DNA from: Minisyncoccota bacterium
GTDB taxonomy: Bacteria > Patescibacteriota > Minisyncoccia > Phycocordibacterales > JACRKE01
Direction: 5' to 3'
DNA: 64,000 nt
Assembly: GCA_041660505.1 (NCBI GenBank)
Contig: JBAZWG010000001.1
Span: 307,979-371,978, forward strand
Shown: one piece after another, positions 45,868-54,513 of the stretch
Numbering within the stretch: the first letter of the stretch is position 1
Layout: each line of letters begins with the position of its first letter
The notes under the pieces: model-generated
Seen by the model: only the letters and a program-made list of their open reading frames with translations
Told to the model about the DNA's origin: nothing
Databases searched by the model: none
Position numbers and translations under genes: made by a program

Positions 45868-47085
45868 CTAGCTTATCGAGTTACCAATAGAATAGATGGG
45901 TTGAATGATAGAAATGGCGAAAAATCCGACGGCACCTCCGATAAGGAGCATCATGAGAGGCTCGATGATCGTCGACATATCTTTGGTCGCTGAGTCTACC
46001 TCCTCTTCATAAAAAACTGCGGTCTTCATCAGCATTCCGGCCAAGTCTCCTGTCTCCTCTCCCACTTCTATCATCTCACCCACAAGTATCGGGTAGAGCT
46101 TCTCGTTGGCTTGGAAGACGGCAGAAAGCGGCTTGCCTTTTTGAACAGCGCTGACAGCTTCATCCAAAACTTGCTTATATAAGTCGTTCTGCATTACGCC
46201 CTTGGTTGTCTCCAAGGCTTGCACCATATCCACACCGGAGGAGATAAGCGACGAGAGCGTGCGTGCGGTCTGTGCGGCGTTGGATTGTTTTATTATATTA
46301 CCAATAACCGGCGCATGCAGGGATATAAAGGTAACTGCACGCTTACCAAACACCGTCTTAAAGAACCAAGTAAGCAGTGCGACAGTGGCGATAAGCACGA
46401 ATAGCGCGATAAAATAATGATTGACCAGAAAAGAGCTCGTCCCGATAATGAGCTGGGTCTGCCACGGCAGGGCCACATGCATCGAGGTGAACGTCTTGGT
46501 CAATGTCGGCACGACGAATATCATCATCAGGACACTGATAATAATCATTATACCGATAATGACTGCGGGGTATATCATCGCCCCCTTGACCTTGCGCTGG
46601 ATGGTGTAAGTCTTCGTCATCTGTTCGGCGAGCATCTTAAGAGAGCTTGGGAGATTACCCGACTGCTCCCCCGCTTTAACCATCGCCGAGAAAACCGGCG
46701 GGAATATCTTGCTCTCCTTCGCCAACGCATCACTCAAGCTCCCGCCGGCGTCTATCTCGGCAGTAATCTCTTTGGCCACTTTCTTTAATTTTTGATTGCT
46801 TGTCTGACGATCCAGAATTTTAAGCGCGCGCGAAAGCGATAAGCCGGCCGTGAGCATCGAGCTTAAGTTGTTGGCGAAGGTGATCTTGTGCTTAAGAGGC
46901 ACCGAGACAACCATCTCGTTCAAGCCTTTGAAATAGTCGGCAAAAGCCTTGGTCTCGGCAGTCGCCGAGACGATAGAAAGTCCCTCCTTACGCAACTCGT
47001 GCGCCAGCTCGAACTTATCCCGCGCCTCGCGGACGCCAGTCGCACTCGCGCCACTAGCATTTTTCGCAGTGTACTTGAACTTCAT
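45868..47085 (-). CDS. pilC: Type IV pilus assembly platform protein PilC (GspF family)
   Basis: 405 aa. It has two T2SSF repeats and 3 TM helices. Confidence 0.85.
   Translation of the reverse strand: MKFKYTAKNASGASATGVREARDKFELAHELRKEGLSIVSATAETKAFADYFKGLNEMVVSVPLKHKITFANNLSSMLTAGLSLSRALKILDRQTSNQKLKKVAKEITAEIDAGGSLSDALAKESKIFPPVFSAMVKAGEQSGNLPSSLKMLAEQMTKTYTIQRKVKGAMIYPAVIIGIMIIISVLMMIFVVPTLTKTFTSMHVALPWQTQLIIGTSSFLVNHYFIALFVLIATVALLTWFFKTVFGKRAVTFISLHAPVIGNIIKQSNAAQTARTLSSLISSGVDMVQALETTKGVMQNDLYKQVLDEAVSAVQKGKPLSAVFQANEKLYPILVGEMIEVGEETGDLAGMLMKTAVFYEEEVDSATKDMSTIIEPLMMLLIGGAVGFFAISIIQPIYSIGNSIS
47045..47085. repeat. 41-bp direct repeat, copy 1 (the pilC 5' end)
   Basis: ctcgcgccactagcatttttcgcagtgtacttgaacttcat is repeated at 48317-48357 with 3 mismatches. 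Confidence 0.85.
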
Positions 47086-47106
47086 ATGTTTATAGTATAG
47101 CGCACC

Positions 47107-48228
47107 TTAGCCAGAGATAAAATCAGAAAAGTTTTCTTTATTCACAGTTATATAGCTACCTTGGTATGTCTCGATAAAGTTCTTTGGTGGACGGGCGTGC
47201 TTCTCTCCCCATTTGAATTCATAACCATGGATTGCTCCATCATACTCTTCAACATAATCAACTTCCCCACTACGGCGGTCTCTCCAAAAGAAATGATTTC
47301 GATACATCATGGAGTTTCCCAGGGACTTCATTCTTTCAACGATGCAAAAGTTCTCCCAAAGTGCCCCAATATCATCTCTTACCGGAAGCTGATTGAAACG
47401 ACTAATAATAGCGTTACGCATTCCAAGATCGTAGAAGTATATCTTGTTTTTTTTGCCGATTTCATTTCTTGGATTCCGTGATAGAGGATAGAGCGTGAAA
47501 ATAACAAAAGACTTCTCGAGCAAATCAAGATATCGAGAAATAGTGACTCTGCCTGTTTCAAGTTTCGTCGCTAATTCATTCAATGAAACTTCGTTCCCCA
47601 CTTGCAGCGCTAATAATTGCAATAGATTTGTGAGTAGCTTTGGTTTTTTTACTTGTTCAAATTCGAGTACATCTCGGAAAAGGTAGTTGGAGGATATATT
47701 TTGCAGAAATAGTTCTGCGTCATGCCACCCGCGCTGAGTGAGCTCGGGATAACTTCCATAACGCAACATTGAGTCCAAGACGTTTGCCATCTCCCATGGC
47801 TCCTTCATTGCCGCAATTTCCCCATACGAAAATGGATAGAGATGGAATTCAACCGATCTGCCTGTTAGCGGTTCGCTAATCTTATTTGCCAAATCAAATG
47901 ATGACGACCCTGTAGCCAGTAGTTGTAGTTCAGGAAATGTATCTTTGAGCAACTTCAGTGCTAAACCAATGTTTTCTACTCTTTGAGCTTCATCGAGAAC
48001 AAAAAATGTGCCCTCCCCAAGGTATGCCCGCAATTGCGCAGCATTCTGTGATTCAAGCGCTTGACGCGTTTCCAGATTCTCGCAATTAATATACTTCCCC
48101 TTGCGGTCTTTCAGAATCTCTTTTGCCAGCGTGGTTTTGCCAACCTGACGAGGGCCATAAAGTATCGCTATTTTACCCTGCTCTAGCCAATGTTCAATTT
48201 GGGCCTTAATAGTACGTTTTATGAACAT
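47107..48228 (-). CDS. AAA+ ATPase of the DUF4143/COG1373 type
   Basis: 373 aa. It has Walker A (ILYGPRQVGKTTLA) and Walker B (FFVLDEAQ). It is flanked by a duplicated pilC start segment. Confidence 0.7.
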   Translation of the reverse strand: MFIKRTIKAQIEHWLEQGKIAILYGPRQVGKTTLAKEILKDRKGKYINCENLETRQALESQNAAQLRAYLGEGTFFVLDEAQRVENIGLALKLLKDTFPELQLLATGSSSFDLANKISEPLTGRSVEFHLYPFSYGEIAAMKEPWEMANVLDSMLRYGSYPELTQRGWHDAELFLQNISSNYLFRDVLEFEQVKKPKLLTNLLQLLALQVGNEVSLNELATKLETGRVTISRYLDLLEKSFVIFTLYPLSRNPRNEIGKKNKIYFYDLGMRNAIISRFNQLPVRDDIGALWENFCIVERMKSLGNSMMYRNHFFWRDRRSGEVDYVEEYDGAIHGYEFKWGEKHARPPKNFIETYQGSYITVNKENFSDFISG

Positions 48229-48316
48229 AATGTATGTATATATTACAATATAATCAGTTAATATGTAACTTACATGTACATTATATACACACAGAGATGA
48301 ATGTCAAGTGTGTGCT

Positions 48317-48357
48317 TTCGCGCCACTAGCATTTTTCGCAGTGTAATGAAACTTCAT
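48317..48357. repeat. 41-bp direct repeat, copy 2 (a duplicated pilC start fragment encoding MKFHYTAKNASGAKAH*)
   Basis: ttcgcgccactagcatttttcgcagtgtaatgaaacttcat. Confidence 0.85.
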
Positions 48358-48361
48358 TATA

Positions 48362-51300
48362 CTAATCTTTCATACAGGTATAAAGAGTACCCGCAGAACC
48401 TGAACCACCACTTCCGAATGGAAACCCGACGCGCGTGTAGCCAGCAGGACAACCACTATTATAAATATTTACGACAGTCTTGCATGCCCGCGAACCTCCA
48501 GACAACGGAGCTCCAGTACTACTTATCAATGCCGAGCCACACCAAGATCCAACTGGGGCAGCATTACTGTCGACATAATCCTTGGTTGTGACTGTGGAGC
48601 CGGTGTCACCAGAAACCGTGCTTCGAGATGAAATCTTCCCCGCGGTGCCAATGTCAGTATTAGCAACAATACCGCCCAAAACAGTCACGCTACCGTTAAG
48701 ATAAGATGCTCCGCTTACTCTCATTATTCCGTTAACTTCAAGCTTGTAAGACGGTGTTGTGTTCCCGATACCGACATTCCCCTGATACGTCGTAATCGTT
48801 TCTGTGTTATTAGAATAGAGATGCAATTTACTGCCAGCTCCTGAATTATAACCGATGTACATGTCTTTATCGATAGCGCTGTTCGTATTTTGCAGTACGC
48901 GCATGTTGGCATATTGATCGGCCGAGGAAAGATCGATTCCTTGCGCCGCACCAGTACCGCTTATAACAAGCTTAGCTGTAGTTGGTGAGTTTGTACCAAT
49001 GCCTACATTCCCCGTACTTGTCACGAGAGCTGGTCCTTGGTCGGAGGAGAAATACCCTCCGTAACCACCTACCCCAGTCGCTTTGGCGTAAATTCCATAT
49101 GTAGCTCCATTACTGATAACACCGTAGGAACCGGTATTTAGAACTCGAATTCCAACGGTGCCACTGCTGGATACTTCTAGCTTGGCATTAGAAAGTGTTT
49201 GTGTGCCAATACCGACATTGCCACCAAAATATGATTGACCATTGCCGTAGAAATCGTACCCGCCGCTACCCCCACCTTGCCCCATAACACCGTTGCCCGT
49301 ACCGATACCTACTCCAAATACCCCGCTTACATTACTCATCGCATACACACCGTAGCTGTTACCACCCCTTACATCAAGCTTCGCAACTGGTCCGGGTGTC
49401 CCAATTCCAATATTTGTACCATCGTCATAGATGTTAGAATTAGCAATAGCGCTGGCAGAGCTGAATTTGGAAATGTATCCAGCAGAACCGCTTCCTGTTA
49501 CAGTTCCTCCTCCACCGCCACCTGCCGGCGTCTGCCATGTGGCAAGACCCGCCGCATCGGAAGTCAAAACTTTGCCCGCGCCCGGGGTGCCACCAGTAAT
49601 CTTGACTTGTCCTGCAACCTCAAGCTTCGCACCAGGTGTAATTGTGCCTATACCGACATTTCCGGTCGAGCCTTGCATTGTCGCAAAACTTTTACCTGCA
49701 CCAGAAGCGTTAGCCGAACGGAAAATGATGTTGCCGGTTGCGCTCGGTGCGTTCACATAAGTGTTTGTCCCATCTGTAAGCATCGAATAGTCTACACCGC
49801 TTCTCCACCATGCAGAGTAGGAGCTCGGATATGATGGATGCGTACCCATAAAAGTGTTGCCGGCTGCACTAACATTACCCGTAGCCGTAATGTTACTACT
49901 TGAATTGATTGCACCGGAGACATCGAGTTTTGCGCCCGGTGAAGCGGTGCCGATACCGACATTTCCTCCCGTATCTGCTATCACCGTAGTGCCGCGCAGA
50001 TAATTAATACCGTTGCCGAGATAATTGAAAGATGTTAAACCTGCCGTGGAATCTTTACCAGCCGGTAGTCTGACCTCGCCATAAGCAACTTCAAACTTTG
50101 CGTTTGGTGTCTGTGTGCCTATACCAACACCGCTTCCGTTGTCAAATATTATAGAATTGGTGAGTGCGCTTGTGCCCCATTTCGACAAGAAGTTGGTCGT
50201 GAGAGATCCGACTTTCGGATCAGTTTCTGACACGACACTGGCCCATGATGTCCTACAATCAGCATTTATACATAAACCGGTGCCGTTTATCGAACCGCCA
50301 ACATTAAGTTTATGGGTTGAGAAGGGTGCGGATACTGCCGCATTGCCAGTGTTCGTATCTAACCTAAATCCATAATTCCCGCTTGTGTCGGTCAACCCTA
50401 CTTGTGTAGTACCGAGCATACCTATATATGCTTGATCTGTAGTGTTGTTATTGAAGTAAAGCCCGGCCGCAGTACTGGCTCCTTTGCGTATACGCGACCA
50501 ACCATAAACATCAAGCTTCGCCGTAGAGGGAGTTGTGCCGATGCCAATATTGTCGAGATAATAAGCTCCGCCGCTAATTGATACGAATGGTGATGAACCA
50601 GCAGGCCCTGTTGGGCCTGTCGCACCAGTCGGCCCGGTTGACCCTGCAGGACCGGTGGCACCTTGGGGACCGGTCGGCCCGGATGCCCATGTACCGTCTC
50701 CGCGAAGGAAGGTCGCCGCCGTAGCACCTGCGGGAAGTTTGGCGACAGTTACGGCGTTTGGAGCGATCTTAGCAGTAGTCACGCCACTATCTGCGAGAGA
50801 GAGCGCTGTCGCCACAGAAGACCCGTTTCCTGTGATTGGTGAGTTAGCAAACACAGTCGCAACTGGTGCTGACCAGCTACCGTCATAACCGAGAAATGTT
50901 CCTGCATTCTTTACGCCGGCCAGCTTTGCGATAGTAACGCTACCGTCTGCTATTTGCGCAGTTCCCACTCCGCTGTTTGCGATTCCGATTGTACCGGTTG
51001 TTGTAATAGTTCCGCCCGATAATCCTGTGCCGGCGGTTATACTTGTCACTCCGCTTGAAGCCGGCGTCTGCCAAGTCGCAAGTCCTGCGCCGTTGGATGT
51101 AAGCACCTTATTATTCCCCGGAGTACCGCCGTCAATTTTAATCTGTCCGGCAATTTCAACAATTCCGCTATTGTTATTCGTGATATTATTCCCCGATGTC
51201 GTCCATTGAGTTGTTGGAGTTGCCCAAGTACTATCACCTCGGAGAAAAGTTGTGTTGTTTGCTGTGCCACTGCCTAGGCGGGCAGTGGCCATAGTACCTG

Positions 51301-52090
51301 TTGTAATCTTGCTGGCGGGCAGTGCACCGACATAATATGGGACGAGAACACCGTTTCCGACTATTGTAGTTCCGTCGACAGCGACACTTGCGTATGGCCA
51401 AGCAGTGCGACAGTCGGTACCGAGGCACATTCTCGATGTAGATGCCGTACCTTTAACTTCGAAGCTGCCGGTCGTTGTGGCATTACCGGCTAGCATTGTA
51501 TTGCCCGTAAACCACGAGTCACCGGAGACCAGGAACTTTTTACCGCCGTTATTACTGGTGCCGATACTCACATTGCCGGTAGTATTGTCAGAGTACAAGC
51601 CGGCAACAGGTCCGAGCATGACCACTGACCCATCTTCACTCACCGCACTGTCTGTCAGGCTTGTGCTTAGTGCGTCCCATTTGGCTAATTTATTCTGCGT
51701 CCCAGACCCGCCGACCGAGCCGGCGCCAACGGTTGAGAAACACGTACTGGCAGAACCCAAACAGATCTTGTTTGCGAGAATATCTCCGAAGACATCAAGC
51801 TTGAGATTCTGATTTATCTGTAGATCGGCAGCCGCATCGCGGGGTGCGTATACACTCGGCAGGCCTATAGTAGAAAGTCCGTTGTCAACCGACAAGCCGA
51901 CAGGAACACCGGAGTCTGTTCCCACGCGGAGTCCGCCCTGCTTGGTCTGATCTGACGCGCCGCTAGAAATAGGTGCGTCTTTATCCGCGCCCGGCGGAGT
52001 TTGAGTAGGGCCAGTCCAAGCGAGCGCGGACGGAATTAGAGAATTAAAGAATATAAGAATTATTGGGAAAATTTTTAGGGCTTTAGTCAT
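48362..52090 (-). CDS. Giant secreted fibre-like protein with collagen-like G-X-Y repeats and phage tail-fibre-like Gly-rich repeats
   Basis: 1242 aa. It has the signal MTKALKIFPIILIFFNSLIPSALA-WTGPTQTPPG, the collagen-like tract GPTGPQGATGPAGSTGPTGATGPTGPAGS, and many GNVGIGTxxPxAKL(E/D)V units. It ends in a Cys-containing globular tail. Confidence 0.75.
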   Translation of the reverse strand: MTKALKIFPIILIFFNSLIPSALAWTGPTQTPPGADKDAPISSGASDQTKQGGLRVGTDSGVPVGLSVDNGLSTIGLPSVYAPRDAAADLQINQNLKLDVFGDILANKICLGSASTCFSTVGAGSVGGSGTQNKLAKWDALSTSLTDSAVSEDGSVVMLGPVAGLYSDNTTGNVSIGTSNNGGKKFLVSGDSWFTGNTMLAGNATTTGSFEVKGTASTSRMCLGTDCRTAWPYASVAVDGTTIVGNGVLVPYYVGALPASKITTGTMATARLGSGTANNTTFLRGDSTWATPTTQWTTSGNNITNNNSGIVEIAGQIKIDGGTPGNNKVLTSNGAGLATWQTPASSGVTSITAGTGLSGGTITTTGTIGIANSGVGTAQIADGSVTIAKLAGVKNAGTFLGYDGSWSAPVATVFANSPITGNGSSVATALSLADSGVTTAKIAPNAVTVAKLPAGATAATFLRGDGTWASGPTGPQGATGPAGSTGPTGATGPTGPAGSSPFVSISGGAYYLDNIGIGTTPSTAKLDVYGWSRIRKGASTAAGLYFNNNTTDQAYIGMLGTTQVGLTDTSGNYGFRLDTNTGNAAVSAPFSTHKLNVGGSINGTGLCINADCRTSWASVVSETDPKVGSLTTNFLSKWGTSALTNSIIFDNGSGVGIGTQTPNAKFEVAYGEVRLPAGKDSTAGLTSFNYLGNGINYLRGTTVIADTGGNVGIGTASPGAKLDVSGAINSSSNITATGNVSAAGNTFMGTHPSYPSSYSAWWRSGVDYSMLTDGTNTYVNAPSATGNIIFRSANASGAGKSFATMQGSTGNVGIGTITPGAKLEVAGQVKITGGTPGAGKVLTSDAAGLATWQTPAGGGGGGTVTGSGSAGYISKFSSASAIANSNIYDDGTNIGIGTPGPVAKLDVRGGNSYGVYAMSNVSGVFGVGIGTGNGVMGQGGGSGGYDFYGNGQSYFGGNVGIGTQTLSNAKLEVSSSGTVGIRVLNTGSYGVISNGATYGIYAKATGVGGYGGYFSSDQGPALVTSTGNVGIGTNSPTTAKLVISGTGAAQGIDLSSADQYANMRVLQNTNSAIDKDMYIGYNSGAGSKLHLYSNNTETITTYQGNVGIGNTTPSYKLEVNGIMRVSGASYLNGSVTVLGGIVANTDIGTAGKISSRSTVSGDTGSTVTTKDYVDSNAAPVGSWCGSALISSTGAPLSGGSRACKTVVNIYNSGCPAGYTRVGFPFGSGGSGSAGTLYTCMKD

Positions 52091-52160
52091 GAATTTATAT
52101 ATTATTGTAATTACTCTATTATATTCCTAAATTCTAAAATTCTTTAATTCTGTCTGTGTA

Positions 52161-53972
52161 TTACTCATTCGCTACACGCAAGACTTCCTCTATGCTCGTT
52201 ACGCCTTGTGCGGCTTTAAATATGCCATCTTCGAACATCGTAAGCATGCCGGCCGCACGGGCAGTGCGCTCCAAGTCGGCATCGCTCGCGTTCTTGATGA
52301 TTAATTCTTTAATCGCCGGTGTCATCTTCATAATCTCGTGAATACCGACACGACTCTTATAGCCATCCGGGCAGTCTGGCGATGGCTTGGGGCGACAGAA
52401 TTGGATTTTTGAAAAGTCATCGGTCGGGCCGACTATTTTCTCTTCTCGTAATTTTTGCAGTACGACATCGAGATTAATATGCTTCTTTAGTGACTCTATC
52501 TCGCCCGCCGTCAGCGTGTATTTCTCGTTGACGTGGTGCAAACGCCGCACCAAGCGCTGAGCGATGACCACGTTAAGGGTTGAGACGAGCAAGAACGGCT
52601 CCACCCCCATATCAATAAGCCTCGGCACCGCACCGGCAGCCGAGTTGGTGTGCAAAGTAGAAAGCACAAGATGGCCGGTCAACGCCGCATTGATGGCAAG
52701 AGATGCTGTCTCTTTGTCGCGAATCTCCCCCACCATTATAATATTCGGATCTTGGCGCATCAGGGCACGCAAACCGGCACCGAAGGTCAGGCCGATGTCG
52801 GGCTTAACCTGCGTCTGATTAACACGACCCATCTGATATTCGATCGGATCCTCTATTGTAGAAATATTTACGTCCGGTGTATTTAGCGTGTCTATCATCG
52901 TATAGAGCGTCGTCGTCTTGCCCGAGCCGGTCGGGCCGGTGGCCAGGATTATCCCCGTCGTTTGTCTCATTGCGTCGTGAATAGCTTCGAGCCCGGCGCC
53001 ATGGAAGCCGAGCACCTCGAGAGTGAATCCCTTTGCTGTATCGGGAAGCAAGCGCATCACCACCTTCTCGCCGAAGTATGTCGGCAAGAGCGAAACGCGG
53101 AATGACACCTTCTGCCCAGTCTCGGCATTGTCGATTTTAAATCGTCCGTCTTGAGGCAAGCGCTTTTCATCTAGGCGCAGGTGCGAAAGCACTTTGATGC
53201 GCGCCACGATGCCGGAAGCGGCGGCGATTGGCAATATCATTGCGTCATGCAAGATACCGTCGATGCGATAGCGGATTACGAGCTGGCCCTCGAAAGGTTC
53301 GATATGAATATCCGACGCCTGCTGGAGAATGGCGTGCTCGAGCAAAGCGTCCACAATGCGCACCACCGGCACATCTTCTGCCAGCTTAGCCAGATCAGGA
53401 TCAACTTCAGGGCCAGAGGTGAGTCCTCTGACATTTTCAGCGGCCGAGGTGAGTCCTCCGGTTTCAGCGGAGGTCTCTCCTCGGCCACCTATCTTCCTCG
53501 CCTCTGAACTTATAATACTGCCAAACTCGTCGCGCAAGCTTTTCTGATATTGGATAAGACCTCCTTTTATAGATTCTGTGTCTGTGAGCCGCGGTAAAAT
53601 GCGCACACCCGTGCGCTTGGCGATGAACTCGATAGCCTCCACGTCTTGCGGATCAAGCATCGCTACCTCGATATTGTTGTCTTTATCTCTCGCGTAAGCG
53701 AGCACATTGTGTTTGCGCGCAATCGGTTCCGGGATTATTGCAAGCAGTTTCGGGTCTATCTTCTGACCCTTTAAAGATATGAATGGAATGCCGAAGAGGT
53801 ACGCCTGCACACGGCGGAATTCGTCTTCGGTAATCTTACCTTCAGAAACTAAAACGTCGCCGACCGTTCTATCCTTCTCCTTTGCAAGTTTATCTGCCGC
53901 GTCGAAGTCGGCACCAGAGATCAAGCCGGCATCGAGCACGAATTGCTTGAGCTGTTTGGTGTCGAGTTGCAT
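52161..53972 (-). CDS. pilB: Type IV pilus assembly ATPase PilB (GspE family), with an in-frame repeat-derived insertion in the linker
   Basis: It has an N-terminal GSPII_E_N domain and Walker A GPTGSGKTTTL. The start is placed at MQLDTKQL (53972), because the track start 53993 lies in a family-1 repeat. Nucleotides 53413-53486 encode RGETSAETGGLTSAAENVRGLTSG. Confidence 0.85.
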   Translation of the reverse strand: MQLDTKQLKQFVLDAGLISGADFDAADKLAKEKDRTVGDVLVSEGKITEDEFRRVQAYLFGIPFISLKGQKIDPKLLAIIPEPIARKHNVLAYARDKDNNIEVAMLDPQDVEAIEFIAKRTGVRILPRLTDTESIKGGLIQYQKSLRDEFGSIISSEARKIGGRGETSAETGGLTSAAENVRGLTSGPEVDPDLAKLAEDVPVVRIVDALLEHAILQQASDIHIEPFEGQLVIRYRIDGILHDAMILPIAAASGIVARIKVLSHLRLDEKRLPQDGRFKIDNAETGQKVSFRVSLLPTYFGEKVVMRLLPDTAKGFTLEVLGFHGAGLEAIHDAMRQTTGIILATGPTGSGKTTTLYTMIDTLNTPDVNISTIEDPIEYQMGRVNQTQVKPDIGLTFGAGLRALMRQDPNIIMVGEIRDKETASLAINAALTGHLVLSTLHTNSAAGAVPRLIDMGVEPFLLVSTLNVVIAQRLVRRLHHVNEKYTLTAGEIESLKKHINLDVVLQKLREEKIVGPTDDFSKIQFCRPKPSPDCPDGYKSRVGIHEIMKMTPAIKELIIKNASDADLERTARAAGMLTMFEDGIFKAAQGVTSIEEVLRVANE

Positions 53973-53983
53973 GAGATCGACAC

Positions 53984-54024
53984 CGAGGTTCAACCTTTTT
54001 GATGCCTAAGGTTGAACCTCGGTG
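53984..54024. repeat. Family-1 paired palindrome, extended variant (ccgaggttcaacc...ggttgaacctcgg)
   Basis: accgaggttcaacctttttgatgcctaaggttgaacctcggtgg. Confidence 0.8.
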
Positions 54025-54027
54025 GCA

Positions 54028-54504
54028 TTATTTGATAAGTACGATACGTTTCGCGCTAAATGAAGTGCTCGTGATATCCGCTCCGGCCTCCGCCGACACA
54101 TTCATCCCCGCCTTCAAGTCAGCCAGTTTGATATTCTTCTCTAGAAACGGATTGAACTGCTCCCCCGCCTTCGGCACCGCTTGCAGATTTAGCTCTCTGC
54201 TTATCAGAACAGTTGCGCCGGAGACCTCAACTGTATAGGCCGTCGAAGCTACCTTCCCCGCCGTCGGGTCATAAGGAGGCTGTACGTCGAGCGTTAGTGA
54301 GTTGCCGGAAACCGCTATTATTTTACCCGAGACACTGGTAATACGAGTCGGTGCTGGCGGGATGACCCCAGATTGCTGTAAGTTCGCGCGCACCTCTTGC
54401 CGGGCATTGCCAGCCCCGTTTTCGTAGCCCATGGTATATCCCGCGACTCCGCCGAGTATCAACCCGACAATAACTCCTATTATTATTTCTTTTGTTGTAT
54501 TCAT
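54028..54504 (-). CDS. Hypothetical membrane-anchored protein
   Basis: 158 aa. It has the N-terminal TM helix IIIGVIVGLILGGVAGY. It lies between the second fibre gene and pilB. Confidence 0.5.
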   Translation of the reverse strand: MNTTKEIIIGVIVGLILGGVAGYTMGYENGAGNARQEVRANLQQSGVIPPAPTRITSVSGKIIAVSGNSLTLDVQPPYDPTAGKVASTAYTVEVSGATVLISRELNLQAVPKAGEQFNPFLEKNIKLADLKAGMNVSAEAGADITSTSFSAKRIVLIK

Positions 54505-54513
54505 GATTATTAT

